Notes: generated from the sequence alone by a model not told the origin. DNA of 33,840 nucleotides from Octopus bimaculoides (GCF_001194135.2 NC_068983.1:116983085-117016924); one strand, 5' to 3'. Shown: positions 12,744-22,583, numbered from the stretch's first letter. Numbers and translations: made by a program.

Positions 12744-13859
12744 TCACGATTGAACCATATCGAATGCGGGAGTAGTTAACTTTATTCTTTCAGTTGCTCG
12801 AGTATCGGTACTTAAGTGTGGGAAACAACAAAACAATTTTTTGAATAAAACTTTACGAAAATTTCCACTGAATATATACAATATGAAAAATTTCAATGCA
12901 AAACTGGAATAGCTAATGTGTAGTAAACATTGATATACAGTAAAACTGGTTATGCTATCGTGTGGAAATGCATAAGGCACAAAAATATACACTAAGCGTG
13001 CACAGTAGCTTGGTAAGTTCAATAGCAGGAATGTGATAGATATAGCAAAGAGCAATTTGGCGACTCGTACCTGTGGTACGTCAGAGAGTTTTTTGGACTG
13101 ATTTTCTTTATTGGCTAAACGAATTTGTTTCTTGTGCACTGAGCGAATGGTTTCAACGATAATCATGGAAATTAAGCCAACAATTGCAATCATGGGTAAG
13201 AGAATGGTAATAACCGTATCAACATAGGTAAGAATATTCATTAAATTTGTATATTCTACAATAGTTTTACAGACAAGCTTGTCGGAACTATTATGAGGAG
13301 AATATAAAGGCTTCTGTGGTTTCGTTATGGGTATGATGACAGAAAACATGACAAGCCCTGCGAAAGCAAAAGTTAGCGTAGTGATTCGAGCGCGCTTAAA
13401 AGTACACACAGTTTTTAATTTCAGTGGGTGACATATGGTGATGTAATTTTCAATAGTAATACATACAACGTACCAAACAGACAAGAAACTGCTCACATAG
13501 GACAAATAAATATTTCCTTGGCAAATTCCATTTACGTGCATTGCCATGTAGTTGAATGATTCCAACCATACTGCTAAAATTGTAACCAAGAAAAATGTAT
13601 CAGATACTAGTACGGCTTGGACATAAACAGATGATGATAATTTTCGTAGACCTTTCGCGGAAAACACCCAAATTGAGATTAAATTTCCAATGATTCCAAC
13701 CGTAGATATTAATGGATTCACGTAGCTCCGGAGAAAACCGATGATTAAATTTTCGATTGATCCTTTTGTAGAGTCATCATAATCTAGCGGCCCATCGGAG
13801 GTGTATTGGTTGGTGAGGTTAGAATATCCTTCTGAATCTTCGTAATTTTGGTATTCCAT
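12744..13859 (-). CDS. Class A (rhodopsin-like) GPCR, 371 aa, FMRFamide/myosuppressin/sex-peptide-receptor-like group; coding region in a single exon
   Basis: Intact ORF with seven hydrophobic segments. TM1 GIIGN, TM2 VSD, C3.25 (GICQ) and ECL2 Cys (LVCK), TM3 SVW..TIENY..ICHP, TM5 LLP, TM6 FLLLNLP, TM7/H8 KFFILY..SGNFRK, CC after helix 8, N-glycosylation sequons NLT and NSS. Family assignment is by motif recognition; ligand unknown. Confidence 0.93.
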   Translation of the reverse strand: MEYQNYEDSEGYSNLTNQYTSDGPLDYDDSTKGSIENLIIGFLRSYVNPLISTVGIIGNLISIWVFSAKGLRKLSSSVYVQAVLVSDTFFLVTILAVWLESFNYMAMHVNGICQGNIYLSYVSSFLSVWYVVCITIENYITICHPLKLKTVCTFKRARITTLTFAFAGLVMFSVIIPITKPQKPLYSPHNSSDKLVCKTIVEYTNLMNILTYVDTVITILLPMIAIVGLISMIIVETIRSVHKKQIRLANKENQSKKLSDVPQVRVAKLLFAISITFLLLNLPSYCARLVYIFVPYAFPHDSITSFTVYQCLLHISYSSFALKFFILYIFSGNFRKVLFKKLFCCFPHLSTDTRATERIKLTTPAFDMVQS

Positions 13860-13900
13860 ATTTCACAATTCTGAAACAGAAACAATGTATATTTAGTAAT
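13860..13900 (-). promoter_or_regulatory. 3' splice site of a 5'-UTR intron of the GPCR
   Basis: Minus strand reads TACTAAAT (branch-point-like) ATACATTGTTTCTGTTTCAG|AATTGTGAAAT-ATG. The AG ends at 13871, leaving 11 nt of UTR before the ATG. Confidence 0.7.
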
Positions 13901-13934
13901 GTTTTATTTTTCTATAGCTAAACTTTCAAACCAG

Positions 13935-13942
13935 TGGTTTAG

Positions 13943-13985
<43 letters not shown>

Positions 13986-14299
13986 AGATTAAGCACATAA
14001 ATGTGAAACAAGGTAGAAAAATAGTACTCCAATACCGGAGATAGAATAGTATGCTTTATAGATAAACTTGCAAAAACATCACAAAAACTATTACTTGGAG
14101 TTTCACGTTCCCGTTTGTCGGAGAGATTTGGTTTAGGAATATATATATACCAGATTAAGCACATAAATGTGAAACAAGGTAGAAAAATATTACTCGAATA
14201 CCGGAGGTAGAATAGTATGATTTATAAATAAAGCTGCAAAAACATCACAAAAACTATTACTCGGAGTTTCACGTTCCCGTTTGTCGGAGAGATTTGGTT
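13935..14299. repeat. Tandem duplication, units of 194 and 166 bp, each with a (TA)n tract
   Basis: Unit 1 13935-14128, unit 2 14129-14294. About 8 substitutions outside the TA tract; AT run 39 versus 11 nt; TGGTT microhomology at the ends. Confidence 0.95.
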
Positions 14300-14659
14300 G
14301 AGAATGGAACAAAAATAAGGTTATATGTGTAAATATACAACTGTAGCAGAAATAGTTTTATTGAAAATCTTAATTACATCATTTTTCGTTGCTTTGACTT
14401 AAAGTAAACCTTGAGGCATTCTTATATGAAAATTTTTATTGATAGAATCGTGTATGATGATCAATACTGGAATACTAACAGCGGTGAATAAAAACTATCC
14501 TACTCTTCAATCAGTTTTTACTGATTTTAGTTATCTGGTGATGATAATGTAAACGCAATGTTATAACTGTCCATTGTAGAACAATATTAATTTCTAATTA
14601 GAGGTTAATTGAAGAACAGACAAAATAATATTCCCGCTGAGGGTTAAAAACTTAAACAG

Positions 14660-14661
<2 letters not shown>

Positions 14662-14733
<72 letters not shown>
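14662..14733. repeat. (TA)n microsatellite
   Basis: Perfect TA run. Confidence 0.98.
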
Positions 14734-14739
<6 letters not shown>

Positions 14740-15526
14740 AGTGAGATTTCACTTCCTTTGTTTATCTCCTTCTCTCTCTCCTTCATCTGTTTTCTTCATC
14801 TAGAAGAAATCAGCAGTATTCGAATCTTCAGTGTGATGAGTTCAGTCCGATGAAAATAAAAATAAAGCATAAACGCATAATGATTATAACATTAATGTCA
14901 CCGTACTAGTATCTTAATATTATCATAACTTTACAGAAACATAAACTAAGTACTAATCCTTCTCATGTTAAATTACGTATTTGTAACTGTAAAGAAGGAA
15001 ATGAATGCCATATTAATGGATACTGCGTAATGAAAAATAGAGTATTTAGATGTAAATCCGTTCTGCAGACACGGAGCATATTTGGAGTTTGTGCGATAAG
15101 AAGAGTTCGTGTGATTAGGTTACAGTTGTTTCTGCTATTGGAAGCAGTACACTCAGAACTGAGTGCTCATTCAATGTCCTATAGCTTCATCGGAACCTTT
15201 TTAACGGTACAAGCACTGACCTCATAGTACACTGGTTCTTATTGCAGAAATAGCTGTAAGCCAATAAAGTGATCACATAATTCCTTTTCATTTTTCATTC
15301 ATCAGTTGATTAATCTTCTCGCCTATCACCTTACTTTAAACATTAGTATATCGAATTCAAAGATCAGTCTTTAGCTTTGCTGTTCCTTAGCAAAGTCATG
15401 TGTTTGTATAGAGAAATACAGGTGTATGTATATATATATGTGTGTGTGTATGTGCTAGTGTGTGTATGTACATAAATGTATACCTACTCACACACACACA
15501 TACACACACACAATCACTTAGACATA

Positions 15527-16394
15527 CAGGGTGTGGTGAATAAACTGTCGTCTAAATTACGCAAAAATGAAAATAACTGACATCTCATTTTAACAGATAT
15601 ATTTACCAAAATTATATAAAGACATCTTGAAATAATGAACCGTAGATTTATTCAATTAAATTACTGTTAGCTTCAACCACGACCTCCAGACGACTTCGGA
15701 ATATTTTGCAACTCTTTTGGACGGTCTATTTGTTTAAGTTGGTGAATGCTGCCATAATTCTTGCCTTCAGTTCATCTTTGGTGTTACAAGGAGTTTTGTT
15801 GGTTTCACGCTCAACTGCGCCCCATGCATAATAATCTAGGGGGTTGCAGTTTGGGGTGTTAGATGGCCAGATGTTAGAGGTGATGTAGTCACCATGACTG
15901 GGTTCTCCTGCTTGTGTGGCACGGGGCAAAGTCCTGTTCTCAAACATAGGGTATTCCAGCATCCACCCTCTTGACCCATTGAAGCACTACCTCCACCAGG
16001 CCCTTGATGTAGGTCTCCGTGTTGAGTGTAAGGCCGTGTGGGAAGATGAATGGAGGCATAACGTCGCCATCCCTATTGATCACTCGAAACACCATGATGT
16101 TGATTGGATGTTTGATTTTTATCACTCTCGGTACATGTCCTCAGATAGCGCTGTCCTCAGATTGACACCCAAAACTCTGAAATGTTCGTATTGGAGATTC
16201 TGGTGCGAATGCCAAGCAGTACAGCATTTTGTTTCCAAGTTTCTGCCAGAGTGAATTGCGTCATGGTGCCGTTTTTCTCATAAACGGTGCCCAACTGCCC
16301 TACTCTACTGTGTAGTCGACAAAATCAAAAACAAACAATGTGCATGCGAGAAATTAAAAATATAAAATGGCGACAATTTACCCATCACACCCTG
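15527..16394 (-). mobile_element. Internally deleted Tc1/mariner element, maT (DD37D)-like, 868 bp
   Basis: Imperfect TIRs CAGGGTGTGGTGAATAAACTGTCG / CAGGGTGTGATGGGTAAATTGTCG flanked by TA at 15525-15526 and 16395-16396. Transposase remnants MTQFTLAETWKQNAVLLGIR.., DGDVMPPFIFPHGL, PYV*EQDFAPCHTSRRTQSW, NCNPLDYYAWGAVE. Subfamily inferred from these motifs; D-D spacing cannot be counted because of a deletion. Confidence 0.88.
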
Positions 16395-16482
16395 TAGATA
16401 TGCCTGTGTTTCTATATTCTTTATATGAATATTTAAAAAGTTTATAAGTGTATGTATATGTACATTCGTCCATATGTGAATA

Positions 16483-16650
16483 TTCATGGCTTGTACGACT
16501 ATGGTTTCGATTCCTGGATTGATTGATGCGTTACATTCTTGATCAAAACACTTCAGTTTATTCAGGTGACAGGGACGAATATATGCACCACAGAGACTTG
16601 GAAACCGGACTAACGGGTTTATGAGTCGGGATGAAACTCTAATATTTTTT
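16483..16650 (+). mobile_element. Degraded tRNA-derived SINE fragment
   Basis: B box GGTTTCGATTCCTGG followed by TTCTTGATCAAAACACTTCA, similar to the CORE-like segment in the 28573-28857 copy. Confidence 0.45.
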
Positions 16651-17215
16651 TGATTAATAAATAGATTGATAGATAGACATTGGCTAATAATTGTGTTTAC
16701 ATGAAGTAGCATTTCTTTTTCCTTTTGCTTTTTGCTAAAAGCTGAAACACCTTACATCATTACTCTTACGCAAACAAATGAAGAATGGAAGCAACATGAT
16801 ACAGAGGTGAAAATATTAATCAATATATAATTGTTAAGATCCCAGACCATTTGGGTCTGATAATGTTGGAAAATGTTCATAACTTTTTCTATCTATTTCT
16901 ATACACGGAACATGTGCGGTGTATTCTCCTATTTACATATAGATATTTTCATACTTAGAATATCATTTTTGCAAAATGAGAAATGCATTGATTATAGCAA
17001 ATCGATTATGCTTGAAATAAACTTTATTAGCCAGGTGGTATTTATAAATTACTTAATAAATGATGAAGAAAGTGTCAGTAATAATTCTACGATACTGAGG
17101 ATAATGAAATAATATAGGATTTTGAATGTAACACCTGTTCTTCGCAAAAACATTTGTTTCGGTTAGTAACCAATTAACAATTATATGTTAATATTTCCGT
17201 ATATCTGTGCTTTAT

Positions 17216-17556
17216 ACTGCGTGGTAGCTTGAGCAAGTGTCTTCTACTATAGCCTCGGACCGACCAAAACTTTGTGAGTGGATTTGATAGACAGAATCTG
17301 AAAGAAGCCCGTCGTATATGCATTAATGTATGTATGTATGCATGCATTTGTGTGTCTGTGCTTGTCCCCCCCCCGTCGTTTGAAAACCGATGTTGGTGTG
17401 TTTACGTCTCCATAACTTAGCGGTTCGGCAACAGAGACGATAGAATAAGTACTAGGCTTACAAAGAATAAATCCTGAGGTCGATTTGTTCGACTAAAGAT
17501 GGTGCCCCAGCATGGTTGCAGTCAAATAACTGAAACAAGTAAAAGAATAAAAGAAT
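17216..17556 (+). mobile_element. SINE family B, 5'-truncated
   Basis: TTGAGCAAGTGTCTTCTACTATAGCCTCGG..., internal TATG/GT repeat, TAACTTAGCGGTTCGGC, GCAGTCAAATAACTGAAACAAGTAAAAGAATAAAAG tail. Confidence 0.9.
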
Positions 17557-18169
17557 GCTGTAGAAACAATTTCATCAATTGCATGAATCATCAGTAAGGT
17601 TAGCGCAGAGTAACAACAGTGAAAACTTCAATTACGCAAATTCAACTTATATATCGAGAAATTTTCTTCATATTTTCTTCCTTTATTTATGAAACACTGA
17701 TCCCGTCCGAATTTACAAATAGTTAGAGAAATGAACAGGCATATTTGAAAATTTCTTTAAATATTCTGATGCAATCTACAAAGAAGAGATTCAATGTCTA
17801 ATTGAAAGGGTCGAAGTTCTCATCGTTAAAATATGATAGAAGACGTATTAGTTCTAAAAAGTTATACGAACACAACCAATGAAAGCAAGTTCACTTTCAG
17901 ATACCGTACAAGGATTTTCACACAAACAAGGATTTGAAACACTTTCAATGCAGTATTTTCAGTATGAAACGAAAAGTTATTTTGAAAATATCCAAAACGT
18001 TTCAAGATATACTACGTAAAGATTGAACAAAAGAAAATCTAGTTATATACTAACAAATCATTTCAATTTTCTACAGGTTATTGAGGGAGTGTTTGTCTGT
18101 AGAAACGTTTACTTTTTTACAGGCAAAAATTAACCCTTGCGACAACATTATCAGTAATTTTATTTTAAA

Positions 18170-19415
18170 TTTTTTAAAAGGTTTAATGAAAAATAACAAC
18201 TAATTAATCAATAATGGCTTCATCCTTGTTGTTTACAGCTTCTTCCCAACGTTCAACACGATTTTTAATACTTCGTTGGTAGAAATCACCCGATTTTGAC
18301 CAGAAAAATTGATCTAACCATGCTCTCAATTGTGCATCCGTATTGAACTAAACTCCGCGCATAGCATTTGAAAGAGATCGAAAGGGGTGGAAATCCATTG
18401 GTGCCAAATCAGGAGAGTACGGCAGGTGTGGCAGCACTTCCCAGTCATGCGTCTGAATGGCTTCCTTGGTCATATTGGTGTTATGAGGGCGGGCGTTGTC
18501 GTGCAGCAGAACTCCATGCTGTCGATTATGTCTTTTCTCTTGAATAGCCGTGTTGAGTCGTCCCACCTGTTGAACATAGAGTTTCGCGTTGACAGTTTAG
18601 TTCCGTTCAAGCAATTCGTAATGGATAATCTTTTCCCACCCCCACCATACGAACAACATCGTTTTACGCGGATGAAGATCTTGTTTCACGCGCGATGTCG
18701 CTTGTTTACCGGGGATAAGCCATTCCTTGCGCTGCTTCATATTGATGTAGAGGCACCATTTTTTGTCACCAGTAACGATTCAGTAAAGAAATCATTGCTT
18801 GTGTCCATGAGTTGAGCGGTGATGAGCAAGCAAACCAGCGGAGATTGTGACTGATTGATTTTTGTTGCTGTCACTTAAAAGCATGCGGAATCCATGCTAC
18901 ATACTTCTGAACTTTTCCCACCCAGTGAAGATGCTTCTCTAGAGCAGTGTGGGAGCATTCAATTTTCTCTGCCATTTCCCTTGTCGTTTGACGAGAATTT
19001 TCATGCAACAGTTGGTTTAATCGCTCTTCCTCGAGCTCAACCGGCTGGCCAGAACGAGGTGCGTCTCTGAGGTCAAAGTTTCCATTTTTGAACTTGGCAT
19101 ACCAACTACGAGCGGTTTTTTCAGCTATGGCTCCCTCTCCATACACAGCACAAATGTCACGAGCAGCTTTTGCGGCCTTAGAACCTTGAGTAAAAGCAAA
19201 AAGAATGTGTCGAAAATGGTCGTTTTTCTTAACTTAACATTCCATTTTAATGATCTGAAAATAAACAAAAATTAACTAAACTTAACTCGAAAAAAAAAAA
19301 AAAAATTCCAAAATGATTCAAAAATAGAATTCTCGAAAACATGGATTCCAAAATTCAAAAACGCAATCAATTCCAAAATTTAAAAAAAGCGGCGGGAACT
19401 TAGTTGCCAACCCAA
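18170..19415 (-). mobile_element. Mariner (DD34D) transposon relic; transposase pseudogene about 18204-19245
   Basis: ATG at 19245 (MEC..KNDHFRHIL), HTH with PRSGQP, WIPH, VTGDKKW, and HDNARPH...PYSPDLAPMDF with exactly 34 residues between the two D. Right TIR TTGGGTTGGCAACTAAG ends at TA 19416-19417; left TIR not recognisable. Frameshifts and stops. Confidence 0.93.
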
Positions 19416-19729
19416 TACGTAAACTAAATGACTCTTAATGAGGTAAATATATATCTTAAGTTACATGACTGTTAATATTCAACAGGATACTTGGTTGCCG
19501 TTGTGGAATGCTAGATTTTCAACTATCAATTAGTTCAGTATAATAGATAATAAAGAGTTCCATATAACACCTGTCTATATCTAAAACCCTTTTCTTTAAA
19601 AAAGATTTAGAATTCAAGTTATATTTTAATTAGTGATTATCCATCCATATATTTTCTCGATATATACATTATCGGCTGCTATTTCCAGTGAAAATTGGTG
19701 CATTGTTGTACCACTATTCTCTCTCTATA

Positions 19730-19762
19730 TATATACACATACATACATACATACATACATAT
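19730..19762. repeat. (TA)/(TACA)n repeat
   Basis: Direct inspection. Confidence 0.85.
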
Positions 19763-20561
19763 GGCAGTTCAAGGAGATTTACAGTGTCGTTCAGATTGCT
19801 TCGCGCCATTTATTTACCTACGTTTTTGTGTAATACCAGCCTCAACTGAACTTGCTTTTCATCTTTCTGGATTTCAGAAAATAAATGGTTCTCCACTATT
19901 TTGATTCATACAATATAATCGACTACCGTCTAACCTTCACAATTTGAAGATAAATAACTCTCATCACAAAGATACGAAAACATCGTCTCTCTATGAATTT
20001 GTCCTTTGATTATAAATTAAAAGCGTTATTATATACCTTAACATTTGTTACCTTAAGTGAAATATGTTGTGATATATGAGAGTTCTGAATATAAGAGTTG
20101 GTTGAAAGAGCAAAAGAAGTTTGATTAGAAATTCTGAATTCTGAATAACTGAACTGCTCCTGCTTTAGTTCATTACATTTTAATACATTCTGAGACATTT
20201 TGACTGTTGTAAAGATAAAGATATAAGCGAAAGATATAAAAGTCTTGATCTGTAACACCACTGAAAGAGCGAAATAGAAATCGGGAAAGAAAGAATCAGA
20301 GATGGATTATGATAAGGAAACTGTAGCTGAAATAATGGTACAAGTGTTATAATGAAAACGAAAATGAGAGAGTTATCGTATACATCTGATTGTATTCGTA
20401 TATATGTTTGCGTATGTGAGGTAGAGACAGAGGTTTTATATAGGAATAATAGAGCGATAAAGAATAATGTAGTGTAAAAGATAGAGGAAGATCTAAAATA
20501 CAGTGTGAATTTTTTTAGAGAAAATGGAAAAGCAAATATAACTAAGCGACTAGAAATACCA

Positions 20562-21368
20562 GGTTCAAATTTTGGCAGAAGGCCAGCAAATTCAGGGTTC
20601 GGGCTAAGTCAATTACATTGACTTCAGTATTCACTAGTGAAGGCGCAATGGCCCATTGGTTAGGGCAGCGGACTCGCGGTCATAGGATCGCGGTTTCGAT
20701 TCCCAGTCCGGGCGTTGTGTGTGTTTATTGAGCGAAAACACCTAAAGCTCCACGAGGCTCCGGCAGAGGATGGTGGCGAACCCTGCTGTACTCTTTCACC
20801 ACAACTTTCTCTCACTCTTACTTCCTGTTTCTGTTGTGCCTGTAATTCAAAGGGTCAGCCTTGTCACACTGTGTCACGCTGAATATCCCCGAGAACTACG
20901 TTAAGGGTACACGTGTCTGTGGAGTGCTAAGCCACTTGCACGTTAATTTCACGAGCAGGCTGTTCNNNNNNNNNNATTCCCAGTCCGGGCGTTGTGTGTG
21001 TTTATTGAGCGAAAACACCTAAAGCTCCACGAGGCTCCGGCAGAGGATGGTGGCGAACCCTGCTGTACTCTTTCACCACAACTTTCTCTCACTCTTACTT
21101 CCTGTTTCTGTTGTGCCTGTAATTCAAAGGGTCAGCCTTGTCACACTGTGTCACGCTGAATATCCCCGAGAACTACGTTAAGGGTACACGTGTCTGTGGA
21201 GTGCTAAGCCACTTGCACGTTAATTTCACGAGCAGGCTGTTCCATTGATCGGATCAACTGGAACCCTCGACACCGTAAGCGACGGAGTGCCAACAACAAC
21301 AACAGTATTCACTTCATACTAATTATATCGACCGTGAAAGACTGAAAGGGCAAAGTCAACCTCGGCGT
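20562..21368 (-). mobile_element. SINE family A host copy, split by the family C insertion (pieces 20562-20635 and 21303-21368)
   Basis: Joining TTTTGGCAGAAGGCCAGCAAA...GACTTCAGTATTCACT to TCATACTAATTATATCGACCGTGAAAGACTGAAAGGGCAAAGTCAACCTCGGCG restores a continuous match to the 8945-9160 copy. Confidence 0.75.
20636..21302 (+). mobile_element. SINE family C with 11-bp TSD; contains an artefactual 267-bp duplication around a 10-N gap
   Basis: tRNA-like head GAAGGCGCAATGGCCCATTGGTTAGG..GGTTTCGATTCC, (AAC)n tail, TSD CAGTATTCACT at 20625-20635 and 21303-21313. Segments 20699-20965 and 20976-21242 appear identical. Confidence 0.92.
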
Positions 21369-21369
21369 T

Positions 21370-21690
21370 AAACCCCTCCCTCTCTTACCTCCTTTCATTC
21401 TTTCCTACTCCAACACTCCCAAAACCTCTACCGAGCCTCCTACTTCCTCCCTCTAATACTGCTTGCTCTCCACATTTAAACGTTCCACCTTTAAACATCT
21501 CTGCAACATGATCTGAAATGTAAAATTTTTTCTGCACTTACGACGGAGGCTCGATTTATCCAATGTTTGCATCCAGTGTAGCCTACTTATAGTGAACTAC
21601 ATCTCCCAACATTATGATGGATCTCCGAGACCTCAGAAACGACTGTCAGACTTTTAACATCTTACATATTCCCCTTTAATTTTCTCTATC
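21370..21690 (+). mobile_element. Possible decayed PLE pseudo-LTR (pyrimidine-rich tract plus degenerate hammerhead-like motif)
   Basis: C/T-rich 21370-21500, then ATTATGA-TGGATCTC-C-GAGACC..-GAAAC-GACT-GTC-AGAC at 21611-21651. Confidence 0.35.
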
Positions 21691-21795
21691 GTTTGTACTA
21701 TGTTGAAGTTTGATCTATCAATATTAATATCTACATACTTATACTTAAATATTCATCGCCTGAAGGTATTCAGTCTTTGCTTTCTTTCTGTTTGC

Positions 21796-21798
<3 letters not shown>

Positions 21799-21826
<28 letters not shown>
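21799..21826. repeat. (TA)n microsatellite
   Basis: Direct inspection. Confidence 0.95.
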
Positions 21827-21827
<1 letters not shown>

Positions 21828-22054
21828 GTGAGGTTAAGTTTGAGGTAACAACTGTCTAAGGGATAAGTAGTAAACTATGAATCCACTGGTATATTACCTA
21901 TATTTAGTCATAAACATAAATAATAGGTAATGACAAAAGTAAACTGGAGTTTATCAGTATCGAGAGGCAAATGGAAGATGGGGATACAATTCATTGATAA
22001 CAATTGATTTCCATCAATTACCATTTATTAATTAGTTACAAAAAGAAGCAATCT

Positions 22055-22175
22055 CGACTTATCGCTATTTCAGTTGTCATGGTTCATTGCGCTAATGACC
22101 ACAATGATGGTAATGATAGTTATCTTTGTAAGTAATGAGTTATAACAAACTGAATCACGGAGTATCATCAGAGCG
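22055..22175 (-). ncRNA. Mirror-image hammerhead-like copy, more degenerate
   Basis: CUGAUGA (22171-22165), GAAAU (22071-22067), AGCG, AUA (22062-22060); same stem I; stem II base poorly paired. Confidence 0.45.
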
Positions 22176-22187
22176 AATTCTATTTTC

Positions 22188-22308
22188 CGCTCTGATGATG
22201 TTTCGTGATTCAATTTGTTATAAGTAGCTACCTACAATGATAACTATCATTACCATCGTTGTGGTCGCTAGAGCAAAGAACCATGACAACTGAAACAGTT
22301 GTAAGTCG
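22188..22308 (+). ncRNA. Candidate type I hammerhead ribozyme with long stem II
   Basis: CTGATGA 22192-22198, GAAAC 22292-22296, loop AGTT, GTA triplet 22301-22303. Stem I CGCU/AG(U)CG; stem II GUUUCGUG/CAUGA(C)AAC enclosing about 75 nt; non-canonical U-U at 10.1/11.1. Confidence 0.55.
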
Positions 22309-22393
22309 AGATTCTGTCTTTTTGTAGCAAATTAATAAATGGCAATTGATGGAAATCAATTGCTATCAATGAATTATATCTTCATTTTCTATT

Positions 22394-22396
<3 letters not shown>

Positions 22397-22468
<72 letters not shown>

Positions 22469-22583
22469 NNNNNNNNNNNNNNNNNNNNNNNNNNNNNNNN
22501 NNNNNNNNNNNNNNNNNNNNNNNNNNNNNNNNNNNNNNNNNNNNNNNNNNNNNNNNNNNNNNNNNNNNNNNNNNNNNNNNNNN

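Larger units (their letters stand above)
21983..22380. repeat. Long hairpin: 193-bp inverted arms (21983-22175 / 22188-22380), 12-nt loop
   Basis: Manual alignment gives 27 mismatches in 193 bp (86%), no indels. Confidence 0.97.

Noticed and set aside
18387-18815. 142-aa plus-strand ORF (also 15916..16254)
   Set aside because: Antisense shadows of transposase pseudogenes.
20699-21242. 267-bp direct duplication inside the SINE
   Set aside because: The two copies appear identical, including private variants, and are separated by exactly 10 N. This is the typical overlap artefact of scaffolded contig ends.
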